A stretch of 64,000 nucleotides of DNA from Christensenellaceae bacterium Phil7 (GTDB lineage: Bacteria; Bacillota; Clostridia; Christensenellales; CAG-138), in contig MSGV01000020.1 in assembly GCA_001940845.1 (NCBI GenBank), positions 90-64,089 on the forward strand. The letters run 5' to 3'. The notes under the pieces are model-generated. The model saw only the letters and a program-made list of their open reading frames with translations. It was not told the origin of the DNA and searched no databases. Position 1 is the stretch's first letter. Every line of letters starts with the position of its first letter. Below are positions 39,421 to 51,209 of the stretch, in pieces. The translations under genes were made by a program, and so were the position numbers.

Positions 39421-40083
39421 ATGTATACCACAATAGATTTGTTTGATTTAACTAAGACCCGTGCAGCTTCACTGCTGGCAGCCACTAAATATCCCTGGGA
39501 GGCATTAAAATCGATCCGAGAGTTTATTCTGGACATCGGGAAAGAACTCCCTGAGGAGGAATTCGATCATCCTTCGGAGGATGTTTGGATTGCAAAAGAT
39601 GCGAAAATATTTCCGAGCGCATATATTGGTGGCCCATGCATCATTGATCACGGCACTGAAGTTCGCCACTGCGCATTCATCCGGGGCAGTGCTCTCATAG
39701 GACAAAACTGCGTTATCGGAAATTCAGTCGAATTAAAGAACGTTATACTCTTTGATAACGTCCAGACTCCGCACTATAATTACGTAGGGGATTCCATTTT
39801 GGGATATAAAGCCCATATGGGTGCAGGCTCTATAACATCCAATGTTAAGAGCGATAAGACGCTTGTCACAGTGCATTCGAATGAGGAGCAGCTCGCAACC
39901 GGGCTAAAAAAGTTCGGGGCAATTCTTGGTGATTTTGTCGAAGTTGGATGCAATTCGGTACTCAATCCCGGAACCATTATCGGACGGCATACAAATATTT
40001 ATCCTGTATCCTCGGTCCGTGGAACCATACCGGAGAGTTCCATTTATAAGGATGCCAAACGCATTATTATTAAAGAGCATTAA
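39421..40083 (+). CDS. Hexapeptide-repeat (left-handed beta-helix) transferase, similar to the GlmU C-terminal domain
   Basis: 220 aa with imperfect [LIV]-G-x4 hexapeptide repeats through the C-terminal two thirds. Lies directly downstream of glmM. Confidence 0.7.
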   Translation: MYTTIDLFDLTKTRAASLLAATKYPWEALKSIREFILDIGKELPEEEFDHPSEDVWIAKDAKIFPSAYIGGPCIIDHGTEVRHCAFIRGSALIGQNCVIGNSVELKNVILFDNVQTPHYNYVGDSILGYKAHMGAGSITSNVKSDKTLVTVHSNEEQLATGLKKFGAILGDFVEVGCNSVLNPGTIIGRHTNIYPVSSVRGTIPESSIYKDAKRIIIKEH

Positions 40084-40220
40084 TACCCCCTCTTAATAAT
40101 GCACTCAAGACCAATATTTTGATGATACCAAATGAAAACAGTGCATGAGATCATAAATATATTTTTATGGTGTCAAAATAGTGCTCAATTTTCAAAAGTC
40201 ACTTTATACGTAGATATATT

Positions 40221-40260
40221 AAAAAGCAAACCCGCCTCACTTATACCCGGGCGGGTTTGC
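40221..40260 (-). terminator. Terminator after rpoC
   Basis: 11-bp stem GCAAACCCGCC/GGCGGGTTTGC. On the minus strand it is followed by TTTTTAAT. Confidence 0.8.
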
Positions 40261-40290
40261 CAATAGACTACTGCATATCAGCAATAGTTA

Positions 40291-43200
40291 TTATTCATCA
40301 TCATCTTCAAATTCATCCTCGGATTCCGACATCCCTGCAAATATAGCATTGAGAAGTGCATCGCTGCCCGAATTTGGATGATTATCAAGCGAAGCATCAA
40401 GCTGATCGATCGAATCGATATCATCAGCACTGAACTCGTCCAGTTCGCTTTCGCCCTCCTCGAAATCATCCTCAAAATTCAGCGTTTCATTGCGCTCCAC
40501 TCGTCCGGGACGGCGTACTAATCTATCCTCACGAATTGCCGACTCCATAGCCTGAGCAACTACCTTTGGAGCACTTGGATTATCGACCTCGACACTGCGA
40601 TAACGCTTCATTCCTACACCGGCAGGAATCAGCTTACCGATAATAACGTTCTCCTTCAGACCAATCAGCGGATCAACTTTACCCTTGATGGCCGCCTCTG
40701 TCAGTACACGGGTAGTCTCCTGGAAGCTTGCTGCCGAAAGGAACGAATCCGTTGCAAGGGCAGCCTTTGTGATGCCCATAAGCTTGCGCTTGACCGTTGC
40801 CGTCTGCAATCCTTCCTCTGCGATAGCATCATTTTCCCGCTCAAACTTGAATATATCAACAAGTTCGCCCGGAAGCATGTTTGTATCGCCCGGATCTTCT
40901 ATCTGCACCTTTCGGAGCATCTGGCGAATGATTATCTCGATATGCTTATCGGAGATATGAACGCCCTGGCTGCGATAAACCGCCTGCACTTCTCCGAGCA
41001 TATACGCCTGTACAGCCTTAACGCCTTTTATCCTCAGGATATCATGGGGATTTACAGAACCCTCCGTCAGAGTATCGCCCGCTTCCACATGATCGCCATC
41101 GCCTACCTTGCGCTTTGAGCCAAACGGTATGAGGTATTTCTCGATCTCTCCGTCATCTCCATTGACAACAGCCTCAGTCTTTTTGCCATCCGTCTTGAGC
41201 TCGACCGTACCGGCAATTTCGCTTATAACAGCAAGACCCTTTGGTTTGCGAGCCTCAAAGATTTCCTCAACGCGGGGAAGACCCTGAGTAATATCCTCGG
41301 CAGTTGCGACACCACCCGTATGGAAGGTACGCATTGTGAGCTGTGTACCCGGTTCGCCGATAGCCTGTGCTGCGATTATGCCAACTGCTTCGCCAATTGT
41401 GACCTCCGATCCAGTCGCACAGTTCATGCCGTAACACTTTGTACATACGCCATGCTCACTCTGGCAAGTGAAAACTGTACGGCATTTGACCGCCGGTATC
41501 CTTTCCTTTACGATACGATCACAGACATCATATGTAAGCATCTTGTTGCATTCGATGATGAGCTCACCCGTCCTTGGCGAATAAACCTCCTCGGCCGTAA
41601 ACCTTCCCAGAAGCCGCTCAGAGAAATCATCAAATGCCTGCTTGATCTTCCTCGCCAGCTGATCATCATGCTCCGCCGGCGTATTGAGGCATTCCTTCTC
41701 CTCATCTGTGAGCCCAACCTCGAAGAGCATACCATCTATCGCCCTTCCACGTTCAGCAAAGCAATCCTCTTCGCGTACGATCACATTATGCGATACATCA
41801 ACAAGCCTTCTGGTCAAATAACCGGAGTCAGCGGTACGAAGCGCCGTATCGGCAAGGCCCTTTCTCGCACCATGGGAGCTTATGAAGAACTCCAGCACAT
41901 TCAAACCCTCGCGGAAATTGGAACGGATCGGAACCTCGATGATCTGGCCTCTTGGATCCGCCATAAGACCGCGCATACCAGCAAGCTGACGAATCTGCTC
42001 CTTGCTTCCGCGAGCACCGGAATCCGCCATCATGTTTATAGGATTGATTGGGCTCTTTTTCTTTTCAAGAAGCTTCAAAACCTCGCTGACCGTGCTATTC
42101 CATATAGCGATGACCTTATTTCTCCTATCCTCATTTGAAAGCAGACCTATGCGGTAGAGCGAATCAATCTTTGCACAGTCCTCATCAGCCTTATCCAACA
42201 ACGCCTGTTTTTCCTCAGGAACATTGATATCCTGGAAGCCAATGGTAATACCAGCTACCGTGGAATACTTATAACCGAGATTCTTGATCTGGTCTGCAAC
42301 CTCACTGGTAATAGTAGGACCATGCTTACGATAGCATCGATTGATAATATCTCCCAGATCTTTCTTTATAACCAGCTTATCTACCTCAAGAGTGAACAGA
42401 TCGTCCAATCCATTCCTCCTTACATAGCCCAGATCCTGAGGAATGACATGATTGAAGATCAATCTGCCAAGCGATGTATTGATAACCCTGCGATAGAGCT
42501 TGCCCTCATACTCACGCTCAACGCGTATCTTACAATAGGCTTGCAGCGATAGTTCTCCGGTCTGGTAGGCCATAAGAGCTTCCTCCTCACTCGAGAACGC
42601 CTTATGTTCACCATTCATCATCCTAAGCAGACGAGGATCGGTCAAATAACGGAGCAGGCGAGCCTCATCCAGCTCGGGATTTGCAAGCTTTGCTCCGCTG
42701 ATGAATTCATTGCGGAAGCTTTCGCTATGCTTTGCATATATTCTGAAGATGACCTCATCGGTCAACTTTTCCTCTACATAGTCATCATTCTTAACGATAT
42801 CCTTGATGGTCTTTCTGATCTCCCCATCGTAGAGGGCATCGGTGCGCATCGTGATATAGAAGCAGCCCATTACCATATCCTGTGCCGGACTTATGACGGG
42901 CTTACCATCCTGGGGTTTCAGGATGTTGTTTGCTGCCAGCATGAGGAACCTGGCCTCCGCCTGAGCTTCCACTGAAAGGGGCACATGGACGGGCATCTGA
43001 TCGCCATCGAAGTCCGCATTAAATGCGGTGCATACGAGCGGATGGAGCTTGATAGCCCTGCCCTCTACGAGTACGGGCTCAAAAGCCTGAATGCCCAGCC
43101 TGTGCAGAGTAGGCGCGCGGTTAAGGAGAACGGGATGATCCTTAATGACCTCTTCCAACACATCCCAAACCTCTGTCTCAACGCGCTCTACCTTACGCTT

Positions 43201-44367
43201 TGCCGATTTGATATTCTGCGCAGAACCACTCTCTACAAGTTTCTTCATAATGAATGGCTTGAAGAGCTCCAATGCCATTTCCTTAGGCAAACCGCATTGA
43301 TACATTTTAAGCTCCGGACCAACAACGATAACCGAACGTCCGGAATAGTCAACGCGCTTACCGAGCAAGTTCTGACGGAAACGCCCCTGCTTACCTCGAA
43401 GCATTTCGGATAGTGACTTCAGTGCGCGGTTGCCAGGACCTGTAACAGGACGGCCTCGCCTTCCATTATCGATAAGTGCATCGACGGCTTCCTGAAGCAT
43501 ACGCTTTTCATTCCTGATAATTATATCGGGAGCATTCAGCTCCAGCAACCTTTTAAGCCTATTATTTCTATTGATAACTCGCCTGTAAAGGTCATTCAAG
43601 TCGCTCGTTGCAAACCTGCCGCCATCCAACTGTACCATCGGGCGAATATCTGGAGGGATAACCGGAACGACATCTAGTATGATCCATTCAGGCTTATTCC
43701 CGCTCTTGATGAATGCATCGATAACTTCAAGACGCTTGATCGCATTATTGCGCTTCTGTCCTGAGCTATTCGCAATCTCCTCTCGAAGCTCTGCAGCAGT
43801 CGCTTCCAGATCAATATTCTTAAGAAGCTCCTTTATAGCCTCAGCACCCATGCCCACGCGGAAACTGCCCGGTGCATGATCCTCAACGGCTTTACGATAT
43901 TCGGCCTGACTCAGTACCTTCTTATATGTCAATTCAGTGCTGCCCGGATCCAATACTACATATGATACGAAATAAAGCACTGCTTCAAGATCCTTTGGCG
44001 ACATATCCAGAAGCATCTTCATTCGGCAGGGAATGCCTTTAAAATACCAGATATGTGATACGGGAGCAGCCAGCTCAATATGACCCATACGCTCGCGGCG
44101 AACCTTTGAGCGTGTCACTTCAACGCCGCATTTATCGCAAATAATACCCTTTCCTCTGTTGCGAACGCGCTTATATTTGCCGCAATTACATTCCCAATCC
44201 TTTGTCGGACCAAAAATGCGCTCACAGTAAAGACCGTCCCTCTCCGGCTTGAGGGTTCTATAATTGATAGTCTCAGGCTTTTTAACCTCGCCATACGACC
44301 ATTCGCGAATCTTTTCGGGGGATGCAAGCCCTATCTGTATTGCATCAAAATTTACCAATTCGAACAA
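40291..44367 (-). CDS. rpoC: DNA-directed RNA polymerase subunit beta'
   Basis: 1358 aa. Zn-binding CNCGKYK...CDKCGVEV and the catalytic motif NADFDGDQM. Confidence 0.98.
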   Translation of the reverse strand: MFELVNFDAIQIGLASPEKIREWSYGEVKKPETINYRTLKPERDGLYCERIFGPTKDWECNCGKYKRVRNRGKGIICDKCGVEVTRSKVRRERMGHIELAAPVSHIWYFKGIPCRMKMLLDMSPKDLEAVLYFVSYVVLDPGSTELTYKKVLSQAEYRKAVEDHAPGSFRVGMGAEAIKELLKNIDLEATAAELREEIANSSGQKRNNAIKRLEVIDAFIKSGNKPEWIILDVVPVIPPDIRPMVQLDGGRFATSDLNDLYRRVINRNNRLKRLLELNAPDIIIRNEKRMLQEAVDALIDNGRRGRPVTGPGNRALKSLSEMLRGKQGRFRQNLLGKRVDYSGRSVIVVGPELKMYQCGLPKEMALELFKPFIMKKLVESGSAQNIKSAKRKVERVETEVWDVLEEVIKDHPVLLNRAPTLHRLGIQAFEPVLVEGRAIKLHPLVCTAFNADFDGDQMPVHVPLSVEAQAEARFLMLAANNILKPQDGKPVISPAQDMVMGCFYITMRTDALYDGEIRKTIKDIVKNDDYVEEKLTDEVIFRIYAKHSESFRNEFISGAKLANPELDEARLLRYLTDPRLLRMMNGEHKAFSSEEEALMAYQTGELSLQAYCKIRVEREYEGKLYRRVINTSLGRLIFNHVIPQDLGYVRRNGLDDLFTLEVDKLVIKKDLGDIINRCYRKHGPTITSEVADQIKNLGYKYSTVAGITIGFQDINVPEEKQALLDKADEDCAKIDSLYRIGLLSNEDRRNKVIAIWNSTVSEVLKLLEKKKSPINPINMMADSGARGSKEQIRQLAGMRGLMADPRGQIIEVPIRSNFREGLNVLEFFISSHGARKGLADTALRTADSGYLTRRLVDVSHNVIVREEDCFAERGRAIDGMLFEVGLTDEEKECLNTPAEHDDQLARKIKQAFDDFSERLLGRFTAEEVYSPRTGELIIECNKMLTYDVCDRIVKERIPAVKCRTVFTCQSEHGVCTKCYGMNCATGSEVTIGEAVGIIAAQAIGEPGTQLTMRTFHTGGVATAEDITQGLPRVEEIFEARKPKGLAVISEIAGTVELKTDGKKTEAVVNGDDGEIEKYLIPFGSKRKVGDGDHVEAGDTLTEGSVNPHDILRIKGVKAVQAYMLGEVQAVYRSQGVHISDKHIEIIIRQMLRKVQIEDPGDTNMLPGELVDIFKFERENDAIAEEGLQTATVKRKLMGITKAALATDSFLSAASFQETTRVLTEAAIKGKVDPLIGLKENVIIGKLIPAGVGMKRYRSVEVDNPSAPKVVAQAMESAIREDRLVRRPGRVERNETLNFEDDFEEGESELDEFSADDIDSIDQLDASLDNHPNSGSDALLNAIFAGMSESEDEFEDDDE

Positions 44368-44388
44368 TTTGTTGTCTCCCTTCGCGCT

Positions 44389-47300
44389 TTATTGATCAAA
44401 ACCAATATCTTCATCGACGCTGAAGCCTTCAAACTCGTCCTCATCGTCCTCTTCGTAGCCTTCATAATCCTCATTTATATCAGAATCTCCACCTCGGCTG
44501 CTGTGGCTTCCGATCGGAGCATCCTCATATCCTGAGATATTGACCTCGGGCTCGCCCGTATAATCATCATCATTAGTAAGCTCGCTCAATGCGATCTCGC
44601 TTCCATCCTCGGCAAGGATTTTTATATCCAAGCAGAGTGCCTGCAATTCCTTGACCAGAACTTTGAAGCTCTCCGGAATGCCGGGAGTAGGAACATTCTG
44701 TCCATTGACAATTGCCTCATAGGTTTTCACCCTGCCGACCACATCATCACTCTTAACGGTGAGAATCTCCTGAAGGGTATGTGCCGCGCCATATGCTTCA
44801 AGTGCCCAGACCTCCATCTCACCAAAGCGCTGTCCACCAAACTGCGCTTTACCTCCGAGTGGCTGCTGAGTAACAAGCGAATACGGTCCCGTGCTCCTTG
44901 CATGAATCTTATCATCAACGAGGTGATGAAGCTTAAGATAATACATGTAGCCAACCGAAATACGATTTTCAAACTGCTCGCCGCTGCGTCCATCATAGAG
45001 GATGGTCTTTCCGTCCTCGTATCTCGCTGCATGGCGCGCCCTTTCTCCAATCTCATGGTCTTCATCAGCAAGCTGCATGAATTTCACAGCATCGCCCGCA
45101 GTCATCTTCATCAGATCCTGCATCTCCACATTATCCTTATTGGCCATTGCGAGCATGAACTTGATATCATCCTCGGAGGCACCATCCAAAACGGGGGTTG
45201 CCACATCAAATCCAAGAGCCTTTGCAGCCTTTCCCAAGTGCAGCTCAAGTATCTGCCCTATGTTCATTCGTGAAGGAACACCCAAAGGATTGAGCACGAT
45301 CTGCAGCGGAGTACCATCGGGAAGGAATGGCATATCTTCAACAGGAAGAATTCTTGAAACAACACCCTTGTTGCCGTGACGACCTGCCATCTTATCACCG
45401 ACAGAGATCTTACGCTTTTGAGCGATATATACCCTTACCAGTTTGTTTACGCCCGGAGACAGTTCATCCTTATTTTCACGGGTAAATATTTTTACATCGA
45501 CTACGACGCCGCCCTCTCCATGGGGTACGCGCAGAGAAGTATCACGAACCTCTCTGGCCTTCTCACCAAAGATAGCGCGCAGGAGGCGCTCTTCGCTGCT
45601 AAGATCGGTTTCCCCCTTGGGAGTGACCTTACCAACTAGTATATCGCCCGAACGTACCTCGGCACCTATCCTTATTATTCCTCTATCATCGAGATCCTTT
45701 ATCGCATCGCTGCCAACGTTGGGAATTTCTGCAGTGATCTCTTCTTCACCAAGCTTGGTATCGCGAGCCTCAATCTCATGCTCCTCAATATGCAAGGAGG
45801 TATATACATCATCACGGACGAGCTGCTGACTTATAAGAACCGCATCCTCATAGTTATAGCCCTCCCAATTCATGAAGCCTATGAGAATATTCTTGCCCAA
45901 TGCTATCTCGCCATTGGCAGTTGACGCACCATCAGCTATCATTTCGCCCTTTTCCAGATGATCTCCGACGCAGACCACAGGACGTTGATTTATGCACGTT
46001 CCCTGATTGGAGCGTTTGAATTTAATAAGCTTATACTCTCTGCGATTATGATCCACATCCGATTCGACTATGACCTTATCCGCAGATACGAACACAACGG
46101 TTCCTGCTTCTTCGTTCAGCACAAGCACTCCGCTATCATAAGCAGCCTTATACTCCATACCGGTTCCTACCACCGGAGCCTGTGTTGTTATGAGAGGAAC
46201 TGCCTGGCGCTGCATGTTAGAGCCCATCAGAGCGCGGTTTGCGTCATCATTTTCGAGGAATGGGATCATTGCCGTCGCAACCGAGACAAGCTGCTTCGCT
46301 GATACGTCCATATAATCGATATCGGTGGAATGCACTTCGATTATCTGATCGAGCTGGCGGGCAACTACACGCTCCTTGGCAAACCAGGTATTGCCCTCAC
46401 CATCGGTAACTGTTGGTTCACTCGCCTGAGCAACGATCTTCCCGTTCTCCTCCGTTGCGGTGAGGTAAACTATATCATCGAGTATGCGATGGTTGACCTT
46501 ATCGATCCTGCGATAAGGCGCCTCGATAAATCCATATTCATTTATCCTTGCATAGGTTGCAAGTGAATTGATGAGTCCGATATTAGGTCCTTCCGGAGTC
46601 TCTATTGGGCACATTCTGCCATAATGAGAATAGTGAACGTCTCTAACTTCGAATGTTGCACGATCCCTGTTCAGACCTCCGGGGCCCAAGGCGGAAAGCC
46701 TGCGCTTATGCGTAAGTTCCGCAAGCGGGTTTGTTTGATCCATGAACTGCGAAAGCTGTGAAGAACCGAAGAATTCCTTGATCGCAGCAGTCACGGGTCT
46801 AATATTAATCAGATTGCTGGGAACCACTACATCAGTATCCTGAGTGCTCATGCGTTCGCGGACTACGCGCTCAAGTCTAGTCAACCCAACTCTGATCTGA
46901 TTCTGAAGCAGTTCGCCAACAGAACGAATGCGGCGGTTTCCAAGATGATCGATATCATCGCAGCTTCCAATGCCATATGGAAGACCGATCAAATAGCTTA
47001 CGGATGCTACCATATCGGCCGGCAGGATATGCCTGGGACTGAGCTCCAGCGCATTTGCGCTTAATAATGCCTTGAATTCATCATCGGTCATCCCATCCCT
47101 CTTTGCAAGCAATTCCGCGAGCACAGGATAATAGACATGCTCATTTATTCCGACCTCCATGGGATCGAAATCCAGATAGCAGCGCGCATCGACAAACTGG
47201 TTGCCGACTACACGTATACGTTTCTCAGAAGTCATGACATAAACTCCAAGCACGCCGGCATTCTCGATCGCCCTTGCAGTTTCCTCGGAGATAACCTCTC

Positions 47301-48216
47301 CCTCTGAAACGAGCAGCTCGCCCGTCATCGGGTTTATGACCGTTTCATCCGCAATCATACCCTTGAGGCGGGAACCAATGCCCAGCTTATAGTTAAACTT
47401 ATATCTGCCTACACGGGCAAGATCATATCTTCTATCAAAGAAGAGAGCGGTGAGCAAGCTCCTTGCATTCTCCTCATTTTCAAGCTCGCCGGGGCGCTGC
47501 CGCTTATATATCTCCTGCAATGCTTCGGAGGTTGACTTTGTGGGATCCTTTTCAAGGGTTTTTTGAAGCCTCTCCTCATCGCCAAGCAGATCGAGTATCT
47601 GTGCATTTGTATCGTAACCCAAAGCGCGCAGCAATATAGTGACCGGCATCTTGCGCTGACGGTCTATTTTTGTATAAAGGATTTCATTGCTGTCGGTCTC
47701 ATATTCCAGCCATGCACCGCGATTTGGTATGACCTGTGCGCTAAACAGCCTGCGGCCTACCTTGTCTATGGTTTCCGTATAATATGCGCCCGGTGAACGC
47801 ACCAGCTGGCTTACTATGACCCTCTCCGCACCATTGATAATGAAGGTTCCCTGTTCGGTCATGAGCGGAAAATCGCCCATGAAAACCTCCTGCTCCTTGA
47901 TCTCGTGAGTCTCATTATTGATAAGCCTCACCTTGACCCTCAGAGGAGCAGAATAATTAACATCGCGCTCTTTGCATTCTGCCACGCTGTACTTGGGATG
48001 TTCGCTGTCGATCTTATATCCAACAAACTCGATATCAAGCCTGCCCGAGAAATCCCTGATGGGGGATATATCCGCTAAAGCTTCACCAAAACCATGTTCA
48101 ACGAACTGACGATATGAAGCCTTCTGAACCTCTATGAGATCGGGCATATCGAGGATTTCGTTGTTGTGGGCAAAGCTCATGCGAGTCTGTCTACCCATCC
48201 TTACTTCATGCAACAT
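44389..48216 (-). CDS. rpoB: DNA-directed RNA polymerase subunit beta
   Basis: About 1275 aa from the ATG at 48216 ([15 protein letters not shown]...), which follows GGAGGATAGGGGTGA. The ORF-track extension to 48348 is rejected. Confidence 0.97.
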   Translation of the reverse strand: MLHEVRMGRQTRMSFAHNNEILDMPDLIEVQKASYRQFVEHGFGEALADISPIRDFSGRLDIEFVGYKIDSEHPKYSVAECKERDVNYSAPLRVKVRLINNETHEIKEQEVFMGDFPLMTEQGTFIINGAERVIVSQLVRSPGAYYTETIDKVGRRLFSAQVIPNRGAWLEYETDSNEILYTKIDRQRKMPVTILLRALGYDTNAQILDLLGDEERLQKTLEKDPTKSTSEALQEIYKRQRPGELENEENARSLLTALFFDRRYDLARVGRYKFNYKLGIGSRLKGMIADETVINPMTGELLVSEGEVISEETARAIENAGVLGVYVMTSEKRIRVVGNQFVDARCYLDFDPMEVGINEHVYYPVLAELLAKRDGMTDDEFKALLSANALELSPRHILPADMVASVSYLIGLPYGIGSCDDIDHLGNRRIRSVGELLQNQIRVGLTRLERVVRERMSTQDTDVVVPSNLINIRPVTAAIKEFFGSSQLSQFMDQTNPLAELTHKRRLSALGPGGLNRDRATFEVRDVHYSHYGRMCPIETPEGPNIGLINSLATYARINEYGFIEAPYRRIDKVNHRILDDIVYLTATEENGKIVAQASEPTVTDGEGNTWFAKERVVARQLDQIIEVHSTDIDYMDVSAKQLVSVATAMIPFLENDDANRALMGSNMQRQAVPLITTQAPVVGTGMEYKAAYDSGVLVLNEEAGTVVFVSADKVIVESDVDHNRREYKLIKFKRSNQGTCINQRPVVCVGDHLEKGEMIADGASTANGEIALGKNILIGFMNWEGYNYEDAVLISQQLVRDDVYTSLHIEEHEIEARDTKLGEEEITAEIPNVGSDAIKDLDDRGIIRIGAEVRSGDILVGKVTPKGETDLSSEERLLRAIFGEKAREVRDTSLRVPHGEGGVVVDVKIFTRENKDELSPGVNKLVRVYIAQKRKISVGDKMAGRHGNKGVVSRILPVEDMPFLPDGTPLQIVLNPLGVPSRMNIGQILELHLGKAAKALGFDVATPVLDGASEDDIKFMLAMANKDNVEMQDLMKMTAGDAVKFMQLADEDHEIGERARHAARYEDGKTILYDGRSGEQFENRISVGYMYYLKLHHLVDDKIHARSTGPYSLVTQQPLGGKAQFGGQRFGEMEVWALEAYGAAHTLQEILTVKSDDVVGRVKTYEAIVNGQNVPTPGIPESFKVLVKELQALCLDIKILAEDGSEIALSELTNDDDYTGEPEVNISGYEDAPIGSHSSRGGDSDINEDYEGYEEDDEDEFEGFSVDEDIGFDQ

Positions 48217-48399
48217 TATTTCACCCCTATCCTCCGCGGCCTTCCGCAGAAAACGTAATTGTGTTGAATTAATCGACAGTTTTAGAATTCCCAACGCATA
48301 TGAGAGCAAGCTCGCTGACAAAAACCACCGATTACCTTCTGCGTTCATTCCGATTAATTTCGAAACTACCGCATTTTAATCATACTTGTACAATATAGC

Positions 48400-48428
48400 A
48401 TTGTAGTCAAATGCGAGCGGTTTGTCAA
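48400..48428 (-). promoter_or_regulatory. Candidate rpoBC promoter
   Basis: Minus strand reads TTGACA (48428-48423), 17-nt spacer, TACAAT (48405-48400). Confidence 0.55.
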
Positions 48429-48431
48429 TAG

Positions 48432-48475
48432 GCAAAAGCCCCGACTTTGCAAATATATTTGCAAAGTCGGGGCTT
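48432..48475 (-). terminator. Terminator after the DUF5662-like gene
   Basis: A 40-nt perfect palindrome, AAGCCCCGACTTTGCAAATATATTTGCAAAGTCGGGGCTT. On the minus strand it is followed by TTTGCC. Confidence 0.75.
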
Positions 48476-48599
48476 AAAGGGAACAATTTAAATTCTTCTG
48501 CCAATTAAACGTCAAGTTTATGCTTATTGCAAGAAGCTTCTCATGGATTCAATCAAAAGCTATTGCTGTCACCAGCAGCACATAACATAAAATTTGAAG

Positions 48600-49139
48600 T
48601 CATTTATCCTTTAAGAACTTCTTTCTTATATACCTGAATGTTGCAGCCTCGCCCTCATCCTTTAACATGGTTAACAATGCTTCAAGCTGCTCCGAAGTCT
48701 CGGGATGAATCCTACGCCTTTTCTTTGCACGCATAAAATATTCATACGGTGCAGCATCCGTATATGCCTTGCCCTTATAAATCTTGCTTGCTCCCACTCT
48801 ATCGCAAAACATTTCAACGAGATATTTTCTTGGCATTTTGACCGGACTCATCTCATGTGTGATCGGATCATAATCCGTCCAGTATTCGAAATGATGCCTG
48901 TTCCTCCCCTTATGATGCATCCATGCAACGGAATAGCCATAATCAGCACGTTCAAGCTCATTCGGGCTCTTGATCCCACCTGCATAGTGCTTAACGCTGG
49001 GAATAAATTCCGTCGGCGAAAACTTTGAGATATCGTGCCATAGCCCCTGCCAGGCAATGCCGGCACGGCAACAATTCTTAAACACCTCAAATCGATGCCT
49101 AGTTACGGTTGAAATATGACCAAGCAATTTAGACTTCAC
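48600..49139 (-). CDS. DUF5662-like hypothetical protein (family assigned from memory)
   Basis: 179 aa with HDISKF...WMHHKGRNRHHFEYW motifs. Confidence 0.7.
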   Translation of the reverse strand: MKSKLLGHISTVTRHRFEVFKNCCRAGIAWQGLWHDISKFSPTEFIPSVKHYAGGIKSPNELERADYGYSVAWMHHKGRNRHHFEYWTDYDPITHEMSPVKMPRKYLVEMFCDRVGASKIYKGKAYTDAAPYEYFMRAKKRRRIHPETSEQLEALLTMLKDEGEAATFRYIRKKFLKDK

Positions 49140-49227
49140 ATTTTACCTCCTGGATACTTCGAAGAACTTGTCCCACTTTTTTCAATTGCAGAATACGCCG
49201 GTACGATGAGCCGCAATATTAAACTTA

Positions 49228-50466
49228 TCAATCTGTATTCTTTTTTCCTTTTTTCTTGAGCTTTGAAATAAGCTTAAAAAGCTTTCCCTTTCGCTCATAT
49301 TGAACATTCGGCACGCTTTCAACGATCGGAATTCCCTTCTGCGCCGCTCTGGTATTCGTCCAATCTCCAATTATTCGATATATAACGGCTGTTACAGGCA
49401 CTGCAAATAGCAATCCTACAAAGCCAAACAGACCTCCGAATACTATTATCGCTATCATTACCCATGCGCTCGATAGCCCGACCGCATCGCCCACGACCAG
49501 AGGATAGGTTATGCTGTTGTCTATCTGCTGAACAACGAGTATCAGCACGATAAACCAGACTGCAAGCATTGGGTTATCCGGAGATGCCATCAATATGATA
49601 AGTGCGCTCGGAATAGTGCTCAGCCAAGGCCCAAGTATGGGCAGCATTGCCAGCACGCCTATCAGCATACTTATCATCTCCGGAAATGGCATATGCAGTA
49701 TTCGCATTCCTATATAACAACCTATGCCGATCAAAGAACTGCTGATCAATTGTCCGCCAAAATATCCGCGGAATGTTTTATTGGTAAATGAACAGATATC
49801 GAGCATACGCTCTGCATGCTCCTCACTGAATGCAGCACGAATGAATCTGCGGCAATGCGCAAGCAGCCTCTGCTTATCTATGAGCAGATATACGCTCAAT
49901 GCAAATGCGAGCACTATATCGGCAACTATTCCTACGGCATCAAAAGTATAGTTGAGCAGCATAGGGGCAACCTTGACTATCCATTTTTCTATGTTCCCCA
50001 ATATCTCCTGCGAAAGCTCCACCGCTCTCTTTGTAACATCCTCATTAAGATTCAGCTCTTCCCAGAAATTTGTTGCCCATTCTACAATGCCCGCATAATA
50101 TTCTTCAAAATTAGCAACAAGAAGTTTTATACTGTCTACGACTTTAGGTATGACCAGCCAAAACAGAAGTGTAATCACCCCTATTATCAGCACATAGCCC
50201 AATATGATGGAAAGTGTATGCGCAAGTTTTTCCCTGCGCTTACCTCCCTTTTTTCCTGCTATCTGTCGGTAAAATATGGAAGCGGGCAAATTGACTATAT
50301 ATGCAAATGCTATGCCAAGCAATACAGGGGTTAGAACGCTCACGATGCTCTTGATAACCCCCCATACCGAGCTAAAGTGCTCGAGCAGCTCATATAGCAG
50401 CACGCCGGTCACCACGACCAGCATCCAGCCTGCCATTTTCTTTAAATAATTTTTTATTCTTCCCAT
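49228..50466 (-). CDS. AI-2E family transporter (PerM/UPF0118)
   Basis: 412 aa with about 8 TM segments and the typical conserved C-terminal core ...LPILGPW...P..L. Confidence 0.85.
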   Translation of the reverse strand: MGRIKNYLKKMAGWMLVVVTGVLLYELLEHFSSVWGVIKSIVSVLTPVLLGIAFAYIVNLPASIFYRQIAGKKGGKRREKLAHTLSIILGYVLIIGVITLLFWLVIPKVVDSIKLLVANFEEYYAGIVEWATNFWEELNLNEDVTKRAVELSQEILGNIEKWIVKVAPMLLNYTFDAVGIVADIVLAFALSVYLLIDKQRLLAHCRRFIRAAFSEEHAERMLDICSFTNKTFRGYFGGQLISSSLIGIGCYIGMRILHMPFPEMISMLIGVLAMLPILGPWLSTIPSALIILMASPDNPMLAVWFIVLILVVQQIDNSITYPLVVGDAVGLSSAWVMIAIIVFGGLFGFVGLLFAVPVTAVIYRIIGDWTNTRAAQKGIPIVESVPNVQYERKGKLFKLISKLKKKGKKNTD

Positions 50467-50543
50467 ATAAACAATATCTCCAGTAATCTAATACAGTATT
50501 TGCAAATCGAGGCATTGTATTCGTGGCAATAATTCGAGGCCCT

Positions 50544-51185
50544 TTATGCTATGCAGTCATTCTCGCTCTTCTTCGAACTTTCGTTGAGTCGTTTTTCGAC
50601 AAATGCCGTTATCATTGCAGCCGCAGTCTCGTTCCTCCCACCACCAACAACACAAATATCACAAAGTGTTCTATACTTCGAAATAATATTATCGAGTGCG
50701 GGCTTGACCGATTCATTATATTGTCTGCATACATCCTGAAGGTCTCTTCCGCGTTCACTCACATCCCGCTTTATCCTTCGCAGCAGACATACATCCGCAT
50801 CGGCATCAACATAGCATTTAAGATCCATGATTGCGAGTAATCTCGGATCAGCAAAGGCATGAATGCCCTCTATTATCAATACCTGCGGCGGTTGAATCAA
50901 ATCCTGCCTGTCCGCACGGAGATGAACTGAAAAATCATAATCCTTTGTCGTTATCGGATACCCTGCTCTCAGCAGCTGTATATCCTCATAAAGTTCATCC
51001 AGATCAAATGAGGATGGAAGATCATAATTCTGCCGAGCACGCTGTTCCATCGTTTTATTAATCTGATTAAAATAATAGCCGTCCATAGGAAGCACTAACG
51101 CCCTTCCCTCAAGCTGCGATGAAATATTTTCCGCAAGGGTTGATTTTCCGCTGCCGCTTGCGCCACAGATACCTATTATCAGCAT
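50544..51185 (-). CDS. udk: Uridine kinase
   Basis: 213 aa with P-loop IGICGASGSGKST and the Udk core. Confidence 0.9.
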   Translation of the reverse strand: MLIIGICGASGSGKSTLAENISSQLEGRALVLPMDGYYFNQINKTMEQRARQNYDLPSSFDLDELYEDIQLLRAGYPITTKDYDFSVHLRADRQDLIQPPQVLIIEGIHAFADPRLLAIMDLKCYVDADADVCLLRRIKRDVSERGRDLQDVCRQYNESVKPALDNIISKYRTLCDICVVGGGRNETAAAMITAFVEKRLNESSKKSENDCIA

Positions 51186-51209
51186 ATTGACCTCCTTGAT
51201 CGCTGTACA

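Noticed and set aside
44389-44640. The acidic C-terminal tail of RpoB (...[27 protein letters not shown]) was considered as unusual.
   Set aside because: Firmicute RpoB proteins, including the Bacillus subtilis protein as I recall it, commonly end in an acidic tail of similar length. It is not distinctive, unlike the RpoC tail.
48217-48348. N-terminal extensions in the ORF track: rpoB (to 48348), tuf (to 29574), rpsL (to 32792), fusA (to 31729), ppdK (to 24904), purL (to 9786) and the 52124 gene (to 54775).
   Set aside because: In each case an internal ATG preceded by a good SD begins exactly at the conserved protein N-terminus. The extensions start at TTG, GTG or unsupported ATG codons and encode non-conserved sequence.
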